This document shows positions 58,364-64,000 of a DNA stretch of 64,000 nucleotides, piece after piece. The position numbers were made by a program, and so were the translations under genes. The notes beneath the pieces were generated by a model. It worked only from the letters and a program-made list of their open reading frames with translations. It did not search any database and was not told where the DNA came from. Positions within the stretch are counted from its first letter, which is position 1, and each line of letters opens with the position of its first letter. Location of the stretch: contig SMSO01000034.1 in the NCBI GenBank assembly GCA_004764695.1, forward strand, positions 3,162,001 to 3,226,000, in the 5' to 3' direction. The stretch comes from Schizochytrium sp. TIO01 (lineage: Eukaryota; Protista; Bigyra: Labyrinthulomycetes).

Positions 58364-59665
58364 TTACTCATCGTTAATGAGTGCGTTCTCATCGGCCGGG
58401 AGCAAGGTGCGGAGTTTGCTCATCCAATCATCACGGCCCATGTAGCATCCAACCATGTTGCGGAAGCCAGTAAAGGCAGTGCGACCGTGGCATACGCGGT
58501 GGTTGTCCACAAGGATCATCTCGCCAACATTCATACGCATGTATGAAATGTATTCAGGACTGCGGATAAGGTCGTTGATAATTTTGGTGTGCTTGTAGTA
58601 AGCGATCATCTTCTCCGGCGCAAGGTAGTCAATAGGAGAAAGATCGTAAGAGTTGTAGCGGAACTGCTTGATAGCAGTGGTGCTACCAGGCTCGAAGGAA
58701 ATCACCGGTGCCCATGCCTTGACAAAGACGCCACTCTCAATGCAGTGCCACTTGAGCGAAGTAGAGACAAAGAAGTCATAGGTCTCCGGGTACTTTTCCT
58801 TGAGAACCTCAATGATCTTAAAACCATCGATAAGCTTCGTGGCGCCTTCGATCTCACCTTCATGGTTGAGCCCGTCGGCGGTGGTTGGCTCACTCTGTGC
58901 AACGCAATTAAAGATTTGCAAACCAGGGGAGTCAAGGAGGTACGAAGTGTCTGTGTGTCCGTGGAGAGCGTCTTTGGTAAAGGCGGTATCGTTGATCTCG
59001 CCTTCAGCCTTGGGAGCCGTGTCCCAGATTGTGCCATAAAAGGTCTCACGCGGAGGTCCAATGCGGCGCACGAGGGTTTCGGTTTCTTCAAGCGTAGAAG
59101 GCATCTCGGTGACGATGGCAACACCATCACGCACAACAGCCTGGAGCAAGGTCTTGAGCGCCTCATCGTCGGATGCCAATTGGGCTGATGTGATGCGCGT
59201 GACCTTGTCCTTGGGAAGTTCGGCGCTGGCCCAAGCCTTGCGGGTCTTGGAAAGTTCGGCGTGTCGCTCGGACTGGGCCTTTGCATCATAGCAGTGTTTA
59301 CGGAGAAAGGCTGCGTCGTACGTGATGTTCTCATTGTCGGCCCAAGCCATTTCGAGTCGAGCTCCGTTGTCCACGACAGAGATTGTCGTAGGCACTGGCA
59401 TGTCCGGGTCGAGGCTGGCAGAGTCGAGGTTACGCTGCATCGAGGTCTTATGAATGGTTTTCGGGTCGTGATCCTTAAGCCAGACTGGGTGGAACGAGGT
59501 TTCGTGGCCGTCAGAGAACTTCACACGAACCACACCGTCCTGAGCCGCAGCTACTGCCTGCTCAATAGAGGCAGTAGCCATGCTCCGAGCGGACATTGCG
59601 CGGGCATTCAAAGACGCCTTGCGAGCGCCGGAAGACACAGCTGCACGAGAGAGACTCCACATCAT
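58364..59665 (-). CDS. TMLHE: Trimethyllysine dioxygenase (TauD/GBBH family, carnitine synthesis), mitochondrial presequence
   Basis: Arg/Ser/Ala-rich presequence, WLKDH N-domain, RETFYG, DTAFTKDALHGHTDTSY, DNHRVCHGRTAF and VGCY. HTDTSY fits TMLH better than BBOX. Confidence 0.85.
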   Translation of the reverse strand: MMWSLSRAAVSSGARKASLNARAMSARSMATASIEQAVAAAQDGVVRVKFSDGHETSFHPVWLKDHDPKTIHKTSMQRNLDSASLDPDMPVPTTISVVDNGARLEMAWADNENITYDAAFLRKHCYDAKAQSERHAELSKTRKAWASAELPKDKVTRITSAQLASDDEALKTLLQAVVRDGVAIVTEMPSTLEETETLVRRIGPPRETFYGTIWDTAPKAEGEINDTAFTKDALHGHTDTSYLLDSPGLQIFNCVAQSEPTTADGLNHEGEIEGATKLIDGFKIIEVLKEKYPETYDFFVSTSLKWHCIESGVFVKAWAPVISFEPGSTTAIKQFRYNSYDLSPIDYLAPEKMIAYYKHTKIINDLIRSPEYISYMRMNVGEMILVDNHRVCHGRTAFTGFRNMVGCYMGRDDWMSKLRTLLPADENALINDE

Positions 59666-61149
59666 CTTGCTTGGAAAGATTGTAGTACAAAGTGCAATTT
59701 GATACTTCACAGCTGTTGCTGCTGCTGTTGCTGCAGTTGCTCTTGTTGGAGATCTCCAACAAAGCTCGTGCTCCGAGGGAGTTCTGCGCAGCCTTTGATA
59801 GCAGGCTTTGCCACCAAGTCAGTCCGTAAGGGCCGGAGTGTTTTGCACCAATACGCAGCGGACGCTTGCGTTTCGGATTTGCTGATTCGGTTTTGCTCGC
59901 TGCCTTCGCGACGATTTTGCATTTGCAATGCATGCACTGCGAAGAACACCAAGAACAAAAGGAACACTAGGAACAACCCAAAGGACGGTCTTCAAGTAAT
60001 TACAGGAACTTCATAATTATGATTTTTTTTGTTTCTTTCCAAGTCAAGAAAGAAAACAAAATACTCTACTCTGCTTACTTTCTAGTTAGTTACCTTTTTT
60101 CTTTTAAGATTAAAAATATAAATAGTAGGTAGTACATAGGTACTTTCTAATCAATCTGAGTGCTCGCGATGAAAACTAACAAGTCTTGATGAAGACCAAG
60201 GAGCCCCAATACACCTTGATGAAGACAGGTCGCTGCAGTGCCTCAGAGCCAGGAGACGCCGGGATTTCTTTTTCGTATCAACCGCCGTTGCGATCAATCA
60301 ATCGCATTCTTTATTTTCTCTCGCTGTCAGGGACGTGCGTGCGAATTCTCAGCTTTCATACAGCATTGCTTTCGTTTGGCACTCACTCATTCTATAGCTT
60401 CTTTTAAAATTTTAACATCAATTAATATATAATGAATAAAATTGTATTGACTTTAATTAAAAAAGTGATCGTTCACTTTTACTAAATAGTTAAATTAACT
60501 TGATGACAGACAAGATAAACCGGCAGAGCATATTAGGTATCTTCTAATTACATTATTGCATCTCTAAGCGCGAAACGACTATAACTTGATCAAACTCATA
60601 ATGCTTCTCCGACCCGCTCAACTTCGACTTGAAGGTTGGCATTCATAGTTGTTCACACCTTTGATCTTTTCTTCCAAGCCAAAAATACTGTTTATTTATA
60701 AATTACTAGATTATAAAATCAAAACAAAACACGATCTAGTACATCGTATCTCACAAGGAAATGAGGCTATCGATAATCATGTTGAAGTAGTCTCTGAATG
60801 GCTCGAAAGCGGACCGATTTCTATTTTTCTCTTCTCTGATCGATTCGACTTGATTGCTCAATTGTCGCTTTGGTCATCGCGGGTTGTGCTGCTAAGTTCA
60901 TCAGTTTGTTAGTTTGTTAGTGAGATCGCTAGTTATCATGTTACTTCCTTGCTTTTCAGTGCCACACAGAATTACTCCATTAACATCGCATTGCATTGCG
61001 TTGCGTTGCATTACATTACATTACATTAAAATTCATAACTTCTCCGTCGTAACCTCCTGCTTTGCTTCGCTTCCAAGAGTGCACATGCAAGCAAGTAAGC
61101 AAGCAAGCAGCTCAAGGACGCCTTCGAGAGTCTCGACTGCCACGCGCTG

Positions 61150-62030
61150 ATAGTTCGCTTGGTCCATGAGATCTTCGCCCTCATCGATATGTTCCCAAGC
61201 ATTTCCACATACATCCTCGCGATTCTGCTAATTCATCAGCGACTGACTCATTCATCGCCGTCACCACTTCGTTATCAAATCCAACTTGAGCTTGCATGCC
61301 ATGATCTTCGCTGAGTCCGCGCTCCACGAAAAGAGCCTCTCGCAGGCTCCTGTGTTGCGGAGGTAAACCTAAGTGCTTGCATGAAGTCTCTCGCTTGAGC
61401 TCGCGTGTAATTAATTCGCAGGATTTGGGTTGTTCTTCTGCGAAGGGCGTTCTCACGCCTGAAAGCCCTGAACAAAGAAAGGGTGTGCACTTGTGTCGTT
61501 CGAATGGTCTCAACTGACGGTTTGCAAAGGGCGCGAACAACTTGCGCAAAACGCAGCAGAGCCCAAATCGGATTTCACCCAAGAATTAAGTCCAAGGCGG
61601 GCGGGCTCCTCGGCTGGCCGTCGAGGCAGGCGCGAGCAAGCATCGCTGCCGAAGGACTCCGGATAAACCTGCTGGAACCTTCGTGCAGGAGCCGAGAAGG
61701 ACCAAGAACTCGAGCGTCTGTCCCTTCGACAGGAGCTGAGGCGGTCGAAGGACCTTTGACCTTTTGTGCGCAGCGCCGAATGCGATAATCTATCTGCACA
61801 ATGGTCTCTCAAGAACGCCAATGCGCCGTTCGCAGCATTGGAAGCAGACGTAGACCATGATGAAGACGGGTTGCGCGGGGTTCTCAAGGTCGTTGTCGTT
61901 GTCGTTATCGTTGTCGTCATCGTTGTCGTCGTCTTCGTCGTCGAGGTGTTACTCCTCCTCAGGATCGTGCTCTTCGGGTGCAGCCGAGGTCGCTGCGGGC
62001 TTTGAAGATGAACGTCGCAGAACTTCTATG
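61150..62030 (-). pseudogene. Possible decayed coding relic with Asp/Asn repeat
   Basis: GC-richer block. Minus frames give EEHDPEEE*HLDDEDDDNDD..PVFIMVYVCF with scattered stops; no family recognised. Confidence 0.25.
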
Positions 62031-63095
62031 GAGGGGAACGTCGTCGATGGCAATGGTGGCGATGATGAATCAGTTTATATGAAGAAGGGCACTCACAAAC
62101 AAAGCAAGCAAACCTTCGCCTCAGATTTGCTGGAGAGACTCCCGTGCTCGTATGCCATCCAACGCAGTCCCGAGCCTCGGCTAAGTTTCCTCAGAGAACG
62201 TGGAGCTGGAACTGGCAAAACTCACCAAAAATGTGATTGATTGATTGATTGATTGACACGTACTATGAAAAGCTAGCTAGCTCTGCCAAATAAGATTTTG
62301 GTACACACCCTAAATCGTGGCGTCAAAACTAAAGTCATCATGAAGTGAGCCAGGTCGCTGCGACCATGGCAGGCCAGAGTCGAATGAACCGCGCACATAC
62401 ATATACGGCTGGCGCCCGAATTATCGCCTGCGGCCTCGTTTTGTGCAGCTAGGTACCTGCATGTTCCAACACACAAGAGAGGAAAGTGCGCTTCGCTTTG
62501 ATGATTTTAATCTTACAAAAACTAATACTGTAGGTAGTAGGGACCACAAAAATACCTAAAGCAAGCATCTGGCTGAGACAGCTCAGAGGCAAGCGTGGAC
62601 CTGTCTGTACACTCGACAGCAGCTACATACCTACTTAGCTATTGAGGTCCGTCCTTGCTCGATGGACCGGGCTTAAGGGACCACCTGCGCAGCACACATG
62701 CGCTAAGAATCAGGCCAAAATATAAAGTTTACAGGTTATATGATACGAGTTGTCAGGGATTCCTCCCGGAGACTCCAGTCAAGAGTATAAATCTCAAACA
62801 ACCATATTGAACGACCGCCATCATCACCTCCTTTAGAGCCGCATCGCCTGCTCGTGGGTGCAAGAGGTGCACAAAACAGGTTTCGAAGCGACTCAGGTTA
62901 TGCCGAGAAAAAGCCCACAGTGAAATCAGAAATTGCCGCTGTTCGGTTTTGCGCGAAATGTCTACGCCAAAACGGCACGTACAGGCTCGGTAACAGTCGC
63001 TTTGGCAGCTAGCTTTGAGGCGAGGTGCCGGCGAGGGAAAGCACCGTTCGAGAAACCTTCCTTCTCCGGATCACGGCCTGGCTGGCATGGAAAGT

Positions 63096-64000
63096 TTACA
63101 GCGCCGGGGGGTCCAAAACAGCAAGAAATCGTCCCGAGAGCCCGTCTGGGCCTGAATTGGGAGCCTCCACAAGAGCCCGTGCAAAATCTGCAAATCGAGC
63201 ACGCTCAGCACGGGTCAACCGCGACTCAATGTGTTCTGCAAACGTTGCGTGGAATTGGTGCGCTAACATCACGTAGCGCCCCAAGTATACCGGATCAGAG
63301 CTGTCGTGGGCGCCCAGGTTGGCGAGCTGCTCCAAGTCTCGCAAGATGTATCGCAGCCTCTGAGATACTGCGAAGGCGCCTCGTGTGAATTTCCGAGATC
63401 GCGAGAACAATAGCCCGTGAAAGGCACGCAAAGCACCACGAGCGGCAAGGATTGCAGGCACGATTGCCATCAGCTCAAAGTGGAAATTAGCACCGCGCTT
63501 CAGCACATGCATGGCCTTGAGCACGTAGTAAATCTCGGCTTTGACAAAGTATAAGTTCACCAAAAGCGGGCGCAGCGCTTTACTGCCTCCCAGCAAAGTG
63601 CGATGAGGGTTGCGTACAAGGAGTTCATGCGCCGGAGTGAATTGAGCAAGCGCAGTGCCGGTGAGTCGCTCTTCTAAGGCACTTGCTGCTGGTGGGAGCT
63701 GGGTGGTATCCTCTTGAGCACGGACTTTAATACGGCCCGCACGATCAAGTGCTTCGGAATGAATGAGTTCTTGCAGCTGCATTTGGCATTCGTGCAAAAT
63801 AACTGCATCCTCTTTGTTAAAGATCTCGATCTTTGCCTCGAGTTCACGATAGTTAATGAGTTCATTGATCATATTTCTTGTGGGTGTTGTAACATGGTTA
63901 AGGATTTTCGTGTTGATCCACACGCGGGCTTTATCCCGGAAATGACCCCAGACAGAAGCCCAATGGTCCCATGAAAATAGCGAGGCCATGAGCTCCCCGT
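63096..64000 (-). CDS. NCA2/DGS1-like mitochondrial protein, 5' part outside the window
   Basis: Frame is open to the window edge. NHVTTPTRNMINELI and LRPLLVNLYFVKAEI..MHVLKRGANFHFELMAIVPAIL resemble the NCA2 core. Confidence 0.65.
   Translation of the reverse strand, partial: GELMASLFSWDHWASVWGHFRDKARVWINTKILNHVTTPTRNMINELINYRELEAKIEIFNKEDAVILHECQMQLQELIHSEALDRAGRIKVRAQEDTTQLPPAASALEERLTGTALAQFTPAHELLVRNPHRTLLGGSKALRPLLVNLYFVKAEIYYVLKAMHVLKRGANFHFELMAIVPAILAARGALRAFHGLLFSRSRKFTRGAFAVSQRLRYILRDLEQLANLGAHDSSDPVYLGRYVMLAHQFHATFAEHIESRLTRAERARFADFARALVEAPNSGPDGLSGRFLAVLDPPAL

Noticed and set aside
63096-63115. Possible third frameshift at the G6/C6 run near the NCA2-like stop
   Set aside because: Neither alternative frame gives a more convincing C-terminus

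Overview
Eukaryotic, intron-poor genomic DNA. Gene content, AT-rich microsatellite-laden spacers and GT-AG introns with CTRAC-like branch points suggest a stramenopile protist, most likely a thraustochytrid/labyrinthulomycete (inference). About 20 protein genes are supported: a zinc-ribbon plus tRNA-binding OB-fold protein, a 7TM-RGS protein, MCTP, a 6-exon RNI-like LRR protein, an MIT/MIM protein, a Tudor-like plus MCM3-type winged-helix protein, a GT64, a 14-repeat WRKY19-like CCCH array protein, a GH92 mannosidase, an RPH/PigC-architecture PEP-utilising enzyme, an SDR, a tandem HhH-like protein, an arrestin, a BART-domain protein, trimethyllysine dioxygenase, a partial NCA2-like gene and several hypotheticals. 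Two decayed direct copies of a PD-(D/E)xK nuclease plus kinase (Crinkler-type effector) gene, about 7.1 kb apart, bracket the SDR and a membrane-protein gene. Two otherwise intact genes each carry a +1 frameshift. I found no rRNA, tRNA, CRISPR array or intact transposase. All family calls are by-eye motif recognition, not database searches.
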